Shown here: in pieces, positions 26,661-40,336 of the stretch
Numbering within the stretch: the stretch's first letter is position 1
Layout: each line of letters opens with the position of its first letter
NCBI RefSeq assembly: GCF_006345805.1
Contig: NC_043023.1
Span: 21,266,001 to 21,330,000 of the forward strand
Direction: 5' to 3'
Length of the DNA stretch: 64,000 nt
DNA from: Octopus sinensis
Taxonomy: Eukaryota
Program-made: the position numbers and the translations under genes
The notes under the pieces: model-generated
Told to the model about the DNA's origin: nothing
Seen by the model: the letters and a program-made list of their open reading frames with translations, nothing else
Database searches by the model: none

Positions 26661-28449
26661 GTTTCTTATATATTTTTGAGTATCAGTCCTTTTGTACCAT
26701 TTCAGATGTCTTCACTGCATTAATGTGTAGATGTCCAGTTGTATGTAGTTAATGGGGTTTTGTACAAGTGTGCAGTGTTTTAGGACACCTGATATCACTT
26801 TTTGTTTCATCTGTGGAGAACTGATCATTGCTCACCTTTATTAAGGAGTCTTAAAATATTCCCTGCATCTGATAATGACCAGGTGATCTGGGATGTAGGA
26901 TGATAAAATTCAAGATTTTCCAACAGCAAAGAGAACTGGTATTACGTTTATTTTACTTGAAGTGGTGTGTCATGCATTTGTGACGAGATCTTTGGAGACC
27001 ACATTGGATGATATTGCACTTTAGCAGAAGATGAGGAGAATGGTGGTTAGTGAAGTCTAGAGTTTAGAGGACAGTCGCATGTCATAGATTTGGTTCAGAT
27101 ATATGAAAGGAGAGATAGAACTATGAGAAGAAACAGTCTCATGAAATGATAATTAAATGAAATAATTGCAACATTGTTAGATTATGTAGGATGTCTCTGT
27201 TAAAGAGAAACAAAGTTTCGGAAAGTTAGTCTATTTTGTTGCGGGCCTAAATATTGAGCTATTACCTGGTCCCACAATGGAAAGTATAAAAATACTGAGC
27301 AAAACCCTAGTGGTCACCAGCCAACCACTGATGATAACAATGTCCCACAACAATAAACTACAGAATATTTATAGAGATAAATAAGTTTTACAATAAATTG
27401 TAAAACTTGGAAATATTTATTTCAGAGAGTCCAGTTCTGAAGGAGAGGAATCTGATGAGAGTGGCTAAGAGGTTAGGAAGTGATTGGTGGCAAGTGGGTG
27501 AGTATATTTGATTTCTATATATTTTACTTTCACCTCATCTATTTTATTTGTCAGAATGAATGAGAACAAGTTACATTCCTCATTTCCCATTGATAGGTTA
27601 TCTGTATGACAATTTTATTTACGATATTCCTGATATTTCATAAAATATCCACTGAGGTTAGCATGGTTAGTAATAATGGATAAACTAGAAAATAGAAATG
27701 GCGTTTAATATTATCTTTTGGAAGAGGGAACTAAAATCTATTGTTTAAGGGTAAACAGGTGAGTGAATTTGTTTTACATTTTCTTTAGGTTCACTGTTAG
27801 GTTATTGTAATGAAGGACAAGTACCAAAGTTAACATCTAAAACAAAGCATCTTTCTTCAAACAGAAGACTTTGAGTTTGGTTCTTCTTGCAGCCATTATT
27901 TATTGGGTTATTGTGTTGGAAGCTGATAATTCCAATTTAGATTGTCATTTTGTAATGACTTTACCACATGACATATGTCTGTAAATGCTTCAATAAAAAG
28001 AGATTTAATAAAGGTGACACAGCGAAATCCTATCATTCTCCTCAGGCGAAAACAGAGAATTCCTTTAAGGGAATTTACCAGAAAATGAACTGGAGGTGGC
28101 ATCTCTCATTGAGACTGACATAATAATAACTGAATAGGCTCTGTAGAATTGATTGAACCTGGAGTTCATTGGAGAAGTTTGAAATGGGTTGAATTTGACT
28201 TAGAATTATCGACTGTTGGACAATCACTGATCATTCGATTTTTAGTGTCCTCTTGGGAACTTTGCAAGGTAGTAGATGGCACAGAGGGACAGTACTTTCA
28301 TGACCCTTTGAATACCAGGTCTGAAATCTACCAGAATAAGACAGATATATGGGATTCCTCTAAAGGGTCTTTGGAGTAATGTTACTCAATAGGATTTATA
28401 GTTCAGAGATCTGGGAGTCTCTCCAGGTTGAGCCACGTCTCCTCCACAT

Positions 28450-28700
28450 CTGTGGTACCTCGGACATGTGATCAGGGTGTTGCAGGAATGAATTACAGGA
28501 CATGTTCTCAAAGTCAAACCAATGGAACAGGATACCGAGGGGGAGGCCAAGAAAGAAATGGTTGGATGATATCCATAGTCTTAGTTCTTCACATCATAGA
28601 ATACAAGCAGAATGTCTAATGATGGATGCTTCTGATAGGACCCTATGGAGGAGGTGCCTGAGGACTCTTTCCCCACAGCCCTTTCAAGAATATTGAGCAG
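28450..28700 (+). mobile_element. RTE-like LINE 3' ORF remnant
   Basis: RGRPRKKWLDDI...ASDRTLWR motif typical of LINE ORF C-termini. Confidence 0.55.
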
Positions 28701-29047
28701 AGGAAATGGATGGATCATATGCTTTCACTGTTGGAGGTCAATGTTAATTCTTGAGGTTCTGATATACTTTTGCCTTCACAAAAGTTTTCCTGCCCTCGTT
28801 TACCATATATTTTCTCAAGTATAATTTTCAATTAATTTTCTTTAAAAATCTCGTTTAATTCAAACTCTTTGTTATTTTTGTCAATAGAAAACAATGTCTT
28901 ATATTTTTCCTGTTTCTTAGCTATTTCTTTTTTGATTTCTCTAATGATAAAGTTTGTTTGTTATATTCATAACAACCTACAGTACACAGCGTTTTATGTT
29001 ATTGTCAGTGTTGTTGCATTTATTTCTTATTGTTGTGTCTTTTGCAG

Positions 29048-29247
29048 CTATTTTTTTAGGAGTTGATACAACTGAACTGAAAATTGATGATGAGTCTATT
29101 GACACTGTAAAACAAGGCTACCTGATGCTTCGCGAATGGTTCAAAAATTGCGACCCAGAAACACGGACACACGCAACATTACGTGCAGCTCTTGAAGAAG
29201 CTGAATGTTTCACTGCGATGGAATGTCTGTCATTAGACGCAAAGTGA
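29048..29247 (+). CDS. Terminal exon encoding a death-domain-like C-terminus (AIFLGVDTTELKIDDESIDTVKQGYLMLREWFKNCDPETRTHATLRAALEEAECFTAMECLSLDAK*)
   Basis: Death-fold pattern LG....E.......Q...ML..W.......T...L..AL; ttgcAG at 29046-29047 (alternative in-frame AG at 29058-29059); phase 1 matches the RING exon; TGA at 29245-29247. Confidence 0.8.
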
Positions 29248-29486
29248 ATTTCCATGTAACTGTTGTTTAGCTTCAGATTAACCTTGACCAAACAGAGTCT
29301 TTTGATCAAACGCATTCCAGCCAGGACCATCATGCCTATTTACAAAGAGAACCCACAACCATCTCGTCCAATATGCCCTTCTGTACAGTGATATCGTGTG
29401 AATTTAGCTACTAATTCTAGCAGGTATATCAACCACATTGTGATCCCATCACTGGTTTTGCTCCTTTGTTAAAAATTCACTTTTAA

Positions 29487-29492
29487 AATAAA
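29487..29492 (+). promoter_or_regulatory. Candidate polyadenylation signal of MIB-like gene
   Basis: AATAAA ~240 nt after the stop, followed by a GT/T-rich stretch. Confidence 0.4.
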
Positions 29493-31554
29493 GACAAAGT
29501 TTGAAATGTTCATTTATTGTTGTTGCTGTTGTTGTATATCTAATCCCATCCCTATATTGTTATATAGACAGCTTTAATATCTTCTCCTATATTGATAGTT
29601 ATCTACCTTCATTTTTAGCTGAGAGTAGAATGCCTGGTATATATATATTGATGTCTTTTCCCTTTATATATCCTATAGAGATAGTATTTCTATATAATAC
29701 ATGATGTATCTAAGGATATATCTCACTTTGTCCTGTTGTGGTTTAAGACAGGCCTCTCCAAAGTGGCGGTGGTTGAATAAAAATTCAGGGGGTTTTGAGT
29801 GCAATATACAATATTTTAATTTTATATTCTTACTTTATGACCTTCGTTATTTACTAATGACTGCAATTTTCGTCAGTAAAAATAAACTTCACTATTATAC
29901 ATATGAAAATAAATCAAACAAATTAAAATTAAACAATAGCTGTGCTGAAAAATTGTGAGATAATAAAATAATGACACAACATTTGTTGTTTTAATTGCAT
30001 GTGATTGTGGAAAAGCCACAGTGTCTCCCTCTTTTTAAGTAACTTCAGATAAAGGAAGAGTACAATTCTTCCCTACAATATTTACCTTCATATTACTCCA
30101 CTGTTATTACATGTTATTTTAATTTGAAATTAGATTTCAAGTTCTTACAGCAGAGACCAAGATTAAATAAGTAAAATACATGAGACCTTTATGTACATTA
30201 TAAGATGTGACAGGAAGCTCTACCGAGCAGACTTTTGTGGAATTGGAAAGGAAGACTCATAAGTATTCTCCACTTTTTATTGGATTCTTTTGTGATAGAA
30301 GTGAACAAACCTGATTGTTTTTAAATTAAATAATCAAGATATTTAAATTAGATAAAAATAAACTTTATTCAGAAATTGATAATTACTTTTAAAGCAAACC
30401 GAAATTTTACCGGTGAGTGTGTTAAATAATAAGGCACTAAAAGAGAATGACTCTCCCCAGACACAACAAAATTATTTTGTATCAAACTTTGTACAAAATT
30501 ATTCCAAATAAATTGATAACATAAGTTTCTGATTTTTTTCTTGGATAACTTGGGGAGAAATGCTTTTCACACATTATATGCAATGTAAATACACAACAAA
30601 AAAATAAAGCTGTCCAAAGCTATAGGTTACTGTTTATATAGACCAGCTGGAGCAAATTTAGTTTAACATTTAATGCGTAGCAATAAACTCATTTATATAA
30701 GTGTTAGTTTTCTATAAATTGAGAAAACGTAAGACTTTTAGTGACTTTATAAAACTAAAAAGAGTAACTTCAAACTTTGGTGACCCCAGACAAATTCCTT
30801 TACTGACGGAGATATTCGTCTTGTTTTGGTCAATGACTGTCAAAGTAATTTTCATATTTTAAAAGCATCAAAAGGAAAATATGTTGCCCAGAGAAGAGAG
30901 GTTGAATTTGTCAAATTATAAAAGCACAGAGAATAATGATGGACTGGACATTTTCTTTAGGTTAATGATCAGAGGATCCTTAAACAGATGCTATATGCTA
31001 AACTTCTGTATGGAGAGAGCCCCCAGCAGAAACGAAGACTACGATTTAAGGACTGTGTATGTATATATATATATAAACTGAGCGGATACTTACCAGGCTG
31101 AAAAAATGTACTTTAATGAGGTCAATTGGTTCGACTAAAAATCCTGCAAGGCGGTAACCCAGCATGGCCACAATTCAATGACTGACAAAAGGAAAAAAAA
31201 AAGAGGCAATATACGAAAATTCTCATCGATGTCAACAAGTTCCCCGTCGCTCTTTCACAAATTCAGCGAAGCAGAAATGAAAGCACACACACACACACTC
31301 ATACACTTTCTTCAGAATGTCACAGTTTTATGGTCAACATTTTTAAAGCATAAATAGCTACGAGTGTGCGTCTTTGCATGTATCTATATGTGTGGGTGAT
31401 AGGACGGGTGGGTGTTTGAGCACAGTCCACCCATACCCAAGGTGGTCGCATCGTCTCATGTGACCCAGCCACGAGTGTTCCGGATCCCATTAATGAACTC
31501 ATTTGCATACAACCAGTCAGAGCTCACCTTCAACTTGTTGTCAGGTTAACAAAC

Positions 31555-31718
31555 AGGAGTGTCTGTAGGGGAAGTAGCTCGCTTACCAACCACATGATTC
31601 CAGGTTCAATCCCACTACATGGCACCATGGGCAAATGTTTTCTACCATAGCCTCGGACCGACCAAAGCTTTGTCAGTGGATTTTGTACACGGAAACAGAA
31701 GGAAGCCCGTCGTATATA

Positions 31719-31767
<49 letters not shown>

Positions 31768-31940
31768 GTATGTTTCTGTGTCTGTGTTTGTCCGCCCAGC
31801 ATAGTTCCACAACCAATGCTGGTGTGTTTACGTCCCTGTAACTTAGCGGTTCGGCAAAGGAGACCGATAGAATAAGTACTAGGTTTAGAAAGAATAGGTC
31901 CTCTGGTCGATTTACTCGACAAAAGTCGGTGCCCCAGCAT
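31555..31940 (+). mobile_element. tRNA-derived SINE, family A
   Basis: Homology to 798-1195. Confidence 0.8.
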
Positions 31941-31946
31941 ACAACC

Positions 31947-31953
31947 ATATATG

Positions 31954-32002
<49 letters not shown>

Positions 32003-32035
32003 TATGTATATATATAATATATATATATATGTATG

Positions 32036-32066
<31 letters not shown>

Positions 32067-32126
32067 GTATGTATGTATATATTATGTATGTATATATATA
32101 TATATGATATATATATATATTATATG

Positions 32127-32165
<39 letters not shown>

Positions 32166-32265
32166 TATATATATATATCTTTAATATATATATATATGTA
32201 TATATATCTTATATATATATATGTATATGTATATATATATCTTTATATATATATATATATATGTA

Positions 32266-32300
<35 letters not shown>

Positions 32301-32401
32301 ATATATATATGTATATATATATATATATATGTATATATATGTATGTATGTATATATATATGTATGTATATATATATGTATGTATGTATATATATATGTAT
32401 G

Positions 32402-32463
<62 letters not shown>

Positions 32464-32861
32464 GTATATATATCTTTATATATATGTATATGTATATATA
32501 TCTTTATATATATGTATATGTATATATATCTTTATATATATATATGTATATGTATATATATCTTATATATATATATATATGTATATATATCTTTATATTA
32601 TATATATATATATATGTATATATATATTATATATATATATATATATGTATATATATGTATATATATCTTTATATATATATATATGTATATATATCTTTAT
32701 ATATATATATATGTATATATATCTTTATATATATATATATGTATATATATCTTTATATATATATATATATCTATATATATATATATACCTTTATATATGT
32801 CTATATCTATCATTATATATATCTATATCTATCTATCTTTATATATATATATATATATATA
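31947..32861. repeat. ~0.9-kb compound (TA)n/(TATG)n microsatellite
   Basis: Direct inspection. Confidence 0.95.
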
Positions 32862-34447
32862 TCATCATCATCATCATCATCATCATTTAACGTCCGCTTT
32901 CCATGCTAGCATGGGTTGGACGGTTCAACTGGAGTCTGGGGAGCCCGAAGGCTGCACCAGGCCAGTCATATCTGGCAGTGTTTCTACAGCTGGATGCCCT
33001 TCCTAACGCCAACCACTCCGAGAGTGTAGTGGGTGATTTTATGTGCCACCGACACAGGTGCCAGACGAGGCTGGCGAACGGCCACGCTCAAATGGTGTTT
33101 TTTATGTGCCACCGACACAGGTGCCAGACGAGGCTGGCAGACGGCCACGCTCGGATGGTGTTTTTATGTGCCACCGACACAAGTGCCAGATGAGGCTGGC
33201 GAACGGCCACGATCGGATGGTGTTTGTTACGTGCCCACAGCACGGAGGCCAGTCGATGCGGTACTGGCTACGGCCACGTTCGGATGGTTTTCTTGTGTGC
33301 CACCGGCACTGGTACCATAAAGATACAAATTCCATTGATGTTCATCTATTTTGATTTGGTTTGATTTTCACTTGCCTCAACAGGTCTTCACAAGTGTCAT
33401 AAGAAGGAAGGTATGCACAGGTGGACTGACTACGTCCCAGGTAGGGGCCACGGGTTATGGCCTGACTAGTCTTGCCGGGTCTTTGGATGGTGTTTTTATG
33501 TGCCACCAACACAGGTGCCAGATGAGGCTGGCGAACGGCCACGATCGGATGGTGTTTGTTACGTGCCCACAGCACGGAGGCCAGTCGATGTGGTACTGGC
33601 TACCACCACGTTCGGATGGTTTTCTTGTGTGCCACCGGCATTGGTACCACAAAGATACAAATTCCATTGATGTTCATCTATTTTGATTTGTTTTGATTTG
33701 ATTTGATTATGATTATGATTATCACTTGCCTCAACAGGTCTTCACAAGTGTCATTTGATTTGATTAGATTAGCACTTGCCTCAACAGGACTTCACAAGTG
33801 TCATAAGATGGAAGGTATGCACAGGTGGACTGACTACATCCCAGGAAGGGGCCACGGGCTATGGCCTGACTAGTCTTGCCGGGTCTTCGGACAGGTGCCA
33901 GATGAGGCTGGCGAACGGCCACGATCGGATGGCGTTTGTTATGTGCCCACAGCACGGAGGCCAGTCGATGCGGTACTGGCTACAGCCACGTTCGGATGGT
34001 TTTCTTGTGTGCCACCGATACTGGTACCACAAAGATACAAATTCCATTGATGTTCATCTATTTTGATTTGGTTTGATTTTCACTTGCCTCAACAGGTCTT
34101 CACAAGTGTCACACACTTGCCTCTGCCTCAACAGGTCTTCACAAAGTGTCACACACTTGCCTCTGCCTCAACAGGTCTTCACAAGTGTCACACACTTGCC
34201 TCAACAGGTCTTCACAAGTGTCATAAGAAGGAAGGTATGCACAGGTGGACTGACTACGTCGCCGGGTCTTCGGATGGTGTTTTTATGTGCCACCGACACA
34301 GGTGCAAGATGAGGCTGGCGAACGGCCACGATCGGATGGTGTTTGTTGTGCCCACAGCACGGAGGCCAGTCGATGCGGTACTGGCTACGGCCACGTTCGG
34401 GTGGTTTTCTTGTGTGCCACCGTCACTGGTACCACAAAGATACAATT

Positions 34448-34450
<3 letters not shown>
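32862..34450 (-). mobile_element. RTE 3'-UTR-derived element with nested tandem repeats
   Basis: (cat)n + aacgtccgctttccatgctagc; repeated blocks gaggctggcgaacggccacgatcggatgg...ggtaccacaaagatacaaattcc and cacttgcctcaacaggtcttcacaagtgtc. Confidence 0.85.
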
Positions 34451-34506
<56 letters not shown>

Positions 34507-35039
34507 CATACGTACATACATACATACATAAATACATACATATATAGGTGTATATACCCACACACGCATATATACTATCTAAAACAAAATAATCACCTGA
34601 TCAAGTCCAAAGGTTTGTACTAGATATTGTTATTACTTTATATAGTTGTGGCGTGTAATTAAATGTAAAATATAAGCTAGTCAATGTTTATTTGTTAAAG
34701 GTATCAGCAGAAGCTTGCATGCGTATGTGTGTCTGTTGGTGCGCCAATGCTCGTGTCCCCTTCGCAAGCGAAAAACGAGCCCGTTTCAATTCGAAACTGT
34801 CACGTCGGTTTTATATGACTAAGATGTTATTTTTTAGTTATCTCCCTTAATTAAAGAATATACACTTTTGGCACTATTTGCTCTTTTAATCTCTCACTTG
34901 TTTCAGTCGTTTGACTGCGGCCATGCTGGTGCACCACCTTTAGTCGAGCAAATCTACCCCAGGACTTATTCTTTGTAAGCCTAGTACTCATTCTATCGGT
35001 GTCTTTTGCCGAACCGCTAAGTTGCATCGTGTGGCGTTG

Positions 35040-35700
35040 CTTTTACAAGGCAAGTTTGATGTGAAGGTATGGAAGGAAGATTTTTTCTGGGTTTACCAGC
35101 GGCACATGCTGCACATTGTAGGGACCAATTATGCGCTCATCTCTTTTAGAGCAGTCTTTTACAGTGCAATGGTTGCTGTCATCACGACTGTTCCAAAAAT
35201 ACAAGAAGTGCATATTTTTTATGTATTCCAGCTGCAGTCCTAGGAGGAGGAAAATCATCTTTAAATCACCAGAAATATTTCACTTATGAACTGAGTAATT
35301 AACTCCTTTCAGAATGAGTTCCATCGATTCATAAGTTTCTTCCATACCGATAGCATGACCCACAGGAATGGAAGGTTTTTCATTACCATTATGTAACAGC
35401 ACAGCTTCGAGGCTAACCTTACTCGAGTCTTTAAACATTCTCCATTCGTTAGTCACATACACTTGTCGTAGTTTTTGCATAAGTGCATTAACGTTAGTGC
35501 AGAAACAAGCATTATTTTCTTGCTTGAAAAAGACAGATAAGCCTTCATGGCGAGAATGGAAAATAGAAATTTTCGCACCTTACTGTTGGAGATTCCGTTG
35601 CTGTAGTCTGGATCCCAAAACTTCTGCCTTCTCCTTTGACAATGGTAGGTCTTTTACTAAATCATTCAAATCTTCTTGATTAAACAAGCTTGGCTCACTT
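35040..35700 (-). mobile_element. Chapaev (CMC superfamily, Chapaev3-like) transposase remnant
   Basis: NQEDLNDLVKDLPLSKEKAEVLGSRL, EWRMFKDSSKVSLEAVLLHNGNEKPSIPVGH..EETYE, GDLKMIFLLLGLQ, PLVNPEKIFLPYLHIKL; contains stops. Confidence 0.8.
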
Positions 35701-35781
35701 TTCTTAGAATCAACTACGTACTCTCCATTATTTACATCATTTACATTTGACGGATATTTGTCCTCATCTGGTTTGTTGTTA

Positions 35782-35825
35782 ACACAACATTTCGGCTGAT
35801 ATACCCTCCAGCCTTCTTCAGGTGT
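35782..35825 (-). ncRNA. Minimal hammerhead-like motif (Penelope-type), slightly degenerate
   Basis: Minus strand acac CTGAAGA a ggctg-gagggtatat-cagcc GAAA tgtt gtgt; stem I acac/gtgt; GAAAT instead of GAAAC. Confidence 0.55.
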
Positions 35826-35895
35826 CTTGGGGGAATTTGAAACCTGAGTTCACATTCCTAAGGTATTTTTCAATGTTGTTGTTATTATTATCGTT

Positions 35896-35926
<31 letters not shown>

Positions 35927-36167
35927 TCATCATCATCATTATTATTATATTATTATTATCATTATTATTATTATTATTATTATTATCTTTATATATATAT
36001 ATATTATATATATATATATATGTTAAAGTTTCAGCCCAGAGCTACGGCCATGCTGATGACAGCATTTATATGTACCTGTATCTAGAGTTATATTTCTCTC
36101 TCTCTCTCTCTTTCACTCTCTCACTCTCTCTCTCTCTCTACTCGCTCACATATATGTATATATACAA

Positions 36168-36310
<143 letters not shown>

Positions 36311-36821
36311 GCATAAAGACGAGAAATGTGTATATTCCTACATTTCTGAGGTCCTACATAAGTAGCAGGCAACAACACAAGCCTACATAAGCACAGACAT
36401 AAACGAAGAGAAAGAGAGAGAGGGGGAAAGAAAGAGAGAAAGTGAGCGAGAGCGAGATAGAGTGAGAAGGGGAGGGTTACGGAAAAGAAAGACTGAGTGA
36501 AGAAAGGTTTGGGGTGAGAGAGAGAGAGAGAAGAAGAAAAGAGGTGAAAATGACTAACACTCATTTTAAATCAATTTTTCCTTATGACGTCATAATCTCT
36601 CTGCCTGACATCGTCCGACACCTTAACATTCAGTCGAATTATCTGTCTATACACACACATAGACAAGCTTTATAGATATAGGTGTGACTGTGTGATAGAG
36701 ATTTCAGGTTCAGTTCCACTGCGTGACACCTAGAGCGATTTTTTTCCGTTTTTTTTTGCCATAACCAAATACCTGTTTGTGGGTTTCAGAGATGGTCAGT
36801 GAAAGAAGCGTACGATATGTG

Positions 36822-36976
<155 letters not shown>

Positions 36977-37269
36977 ATATGTGTGTGTGTGTGGAGACGC
37001 AATGGCCCAGTGGTTAGGGCAGCGGACTCGCGGTTTCGATCCCCAGACCAGACGGAAACTGAAAGAAGCCTGTCGTATATGTATATGTATATGTGTGTGT
37101 CTGTGTTTGTCCCCCCAACATCGCTTGACAACTGATGCTGGTATGTTTACGTCCCCGAACTCACAACGTAACGACAAACGAAATACCGCAAAGCATTTCG
37201 CCCGGCGTGCTAACGATTCTGCCAGTTCGCCACAAATCTGTAAACTCTGTTGTTGAAGACATGGGAATT

Positions 37270-37640
37270 GCCGATTATCTGGTTGAGTTCTTAAACTCAC
37301 TGGATCCACAACGAGCTCCCCCTCGTTGCCTTCGATTGAAAATGAGCGCTCCAATCATGCCTCTGCAGACCTTTTCCCAACCGAAGCTGTGCAGTGGTAC
37401 AAGAATTGTTGTGAAGAAATTAACGAGAAATATCATAGAAGCCACAATAATTTTTGTCTTTGGAAAAGGTGAAGATATATTTATGCCTCACTTAATTTTA
37501 ATACCTTCAAATATTCGCATCGAATTCAAACGACTTCAATTTCCAATACGTCAGTCTCTTGCGATGTCCATTGATAAGTACCAAGATCAGACTTTCAAAG
37601 TTACTGCTTTGCAATTAGAGAAGGGTTGTTTTTTTACAAA
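37270..37640 (+). mobile_element. Helitron PIF1-like helicase C-terminal remnant
   Basis: EFLNSLDP..PP..LRLK..APIM..LCSGTR..GEDIFMP....FKRLQFPI..SLAMSIDK.Q.QT, the conserved Helitron helicase tail with degenerate motifs. Confidence 0.85.
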
Positions 37641-37986
37641 GACATATGCTGGGGTTCCAGAGTGGGGAGCAAAGACAATTTTATCATTTTCACCCCTACA
37701 GGTAAAACTCAAACCAATGTCTGTTAGGACGTTTTTAGCATGGGATCAACGAACAAGATTTGCAGAATGAATAAAAACTTTGAATTGAAATTGTCAACGC
37801 AACACTATATTCGCATAAGAAAATGTATTTCTATTTTTTGCTTGTTGTAATACTTAAGTTCAATAATTCTGTTGTTTCTGGAGAGAATCCTTTTCGTTTT
37901 GTGCCTTATTATGTAAAACACTCACCGGTAAAATTCCCACTTTTTTCTTATTTTTATTGTCCTAAAATTTTCGTTGCGTCTTGCAA

Positions 37987-38026
<40 letters not shown>

Positions 38027-38052
38027 CCGGTGAATGTGTTATATTATAACAT

Positions 38053-38703
38053 CCGAAAGGATGAAAGGCAAAGTCGACCTCGGCGGAATTTGAACTCAGA
38101 ACGTAACGGCAGACGAAATACCTATTTCTTTACTACCCACAAGGGGCTAAACACAGAGGAGACAAACAAGGACAGACAAACGGATTAAGTCGATTATATC
38201 GACCCCAGTGCATAACTGGTACATATTTTATGGACCTCGGAAGGATGAAAGGCAAAGTCGACATCGGTGGAATTTGAAACCAGAATGTAACGGCAGACGA
38301 AATACCTATTTCTTTACTGCCCACAAGAGGCTAAACACAGACGGGACAAACAAGGACAGAAAAGCGGATTAAGTCGATTATATCGAGCCCAGTGCGTAAC
38401 TGGTACTTAATTTATCGACCCTGAAAGGATGAAAGGAATTTGAACTCAGAACGTAACGGCAGACGAAATACCTATTTCTTTAGTACCCACAAGGGGCTAA
38501 ACACAGAGGGAACAAGCAAGGACAGACAAACATATTAAGTCGATTATATCGAGCCCAGTGCGTAACTGGTACTTATTTAATGGGCCCCGAAAGGATGAAA
38601 GGCAAAGTCGACCTCGGCGGAATTTGAACCCAGAACGTAACGGCAGACGAAATACTGCTAAGCATTTCGCCCGGCGTGCTAACGTTTCTGCCAGCTCGCC
38701 ACA
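38053..38703 (-). mobile_element. SINE family B with internal ~184-bp tandem expansion
   Basis: aggatgaaagg block repeats at ~38058, 38242, 38426 (internally deleted) and 38592; head ggcgagctggcagaaacgttagcacgccgggcg on the minus strand. Confidence 0.8.
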
Positions 38704-39444
38704 TTAATAAAAGCGAAATTCCCATGTGCCTGTGACCCCTGTCCCTCTGTCTACATAGACATATTCTACCTTTTTGGAATCAGGATGATCCCAGGATTGA
38801 AACTCTGCTCTACATTTGGTTCTTGACGATCCAGCATTGGGATCTGGCTCAAAACCATTTTGGCTGCTATTTCTAGCAGTTGAAGCCAGTGTGAGGTACA
38901 AGAGTTACGTCCCTTAGCTTAACGTGTAACTGAGGAATTTTGTAGTTTTTTTCACATTTTTCAGTTACTAGACTGCGGCCACGCTGGGGCACCGCATTGA
39001 AGAATTGTAATCTAAGAAATTGACACAAGTTATTTCTTACTTCTGTCTGGTAGATTTTATTGGCCTCTTATAGCGAACCGCTAAGTCACATGGAGATAAA
39101 CGTAAACGACAGACATACACACAAAGCCACTATACACGCACGCACACACACACACATACATACATACATACGTACATACATACGTATATACAGACGTACA
39201 TACGTACATACATACATACATACATACATACGTAATACATGCATAATACATATATACATACACACATATATACATACATACATACGTACATATTTACGTA
39301 CGTACATACATACACACATACACGTACATACATACATACATAATACATACATACGTACGTACGTACATACATACCACATACATACACACAGAAATGTATG
39401 TGTGTATATATATATATATATATATGTATATAAATATATATATC

Positions 39445-40069
39445 ATCATCGTTTAACGTCCGTTTTCCATGCTAGCATGGGTTGGACGGTTCGACCGGGG
39501 TCTGGGAAGCCAGGAGGCTGGCAACGGCCACGATCGAATGGTGTTTTTTATGTGCCCCCAGCACGGAAGCCAGTCAAGACGGCGGTGGCATCAGTCACGT
39601 TGAGATGGTGTTTTGAAAGTGCCATTGGCGCGGGTATCAGAACTACAATTTCCATTTGATGTTGATGTACTTGACTCAATAGGTCTCCTCAAGCACAGCA
39701 GGTCACCCCACGATCCAAGGTAACCACAGCAGGCCGTCCTGCGATCCAAGGTATTTCCGATGGGTTGGGGCTGTTATGTGAAGCTGCTGCAGGAAACAGC
39801 CTCACGTTATTTGTCGGGTCATCGCAGTTACAGCATATCTCCAGATGTCTCGGTCTTTCGTCATTGCCTCTGTGAGGCCCAACGCTCGAAGGTCATGCTT
39901 AATCACCTCATTCCATGTCTTCCTGGGTCTACCTCTACCCCGGATTCCTTCAACTGTTTGGGAGTGGCACTTTTTCGCACATCTCTTCTCATCCATCCGG
40001 AGAACATGACTATACCAGCGCAAACATCTTTCTTGCCTGCCACATCCGATGCTTGTTATGTCCAGCATT

Positions 40070-40076
<7 letters not shown>
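39445..40076 (-). mobile_element. 5'-truncated RTE LINE 3' end
   Basis: ORF 39802-40113 encodes LRWYSHVLRMDE..GRGRPRKTW; (cat) tail + aacgtccgttttccatgctagc at left. Confidence 0.85.
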
Positions 40077-40109
<33 letters not shown>

Positions 40110-40229
40110 ACAATCAAGGAACGACCATAATAGGCCATTCACCCACTAGAAATAACAGCCAAAGCTTCAACCGCAAATAAAGATTAATTCCGTAAACAGG
40201 AGAAAATTTTAAAAAACATTTACCCTGTA

Positions 40230-40336
40230 ATTTCTTGTACGATGTACCGTTTCATCTGCTGTTTAATGGTAAACTAACCTGATTAAATTAAATCAAGCCA
40301 ATCTTCCATAGGCCCTCAGATTCTTCAGCAAGAAAT
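40230..40336 (-). ncRNA. Type I hammerhead ribozyme (inverted copy)
   Basis: Reverse complement of 40773-40879. Confidence 0.85.

Noticed and set aside
31929-33006. Long Tyr/Ile-rich ORFs (also 62051-63072, 703-1617, 36777-37135)
   Set aside because: Translations of (TA)n/(CA)n microsatellites, open in several frames on both strands
37958-37992. Minus-strand gagattgcaagacgcaacGAAA hairpin resembling half a hammerhead, in a repeat also seen near 30405-30470
   Set aside because: CUGA core is replaced by a microsatellite; incomplete
38053-38703. Regularly spaced repeats superficially like a CRISPR array (also 32888-34450)
   Set aside because: The intervening sequences are themselves repeated, context is eukaryotic, and no cas genes are present; these are SINE/LINE internal duplications
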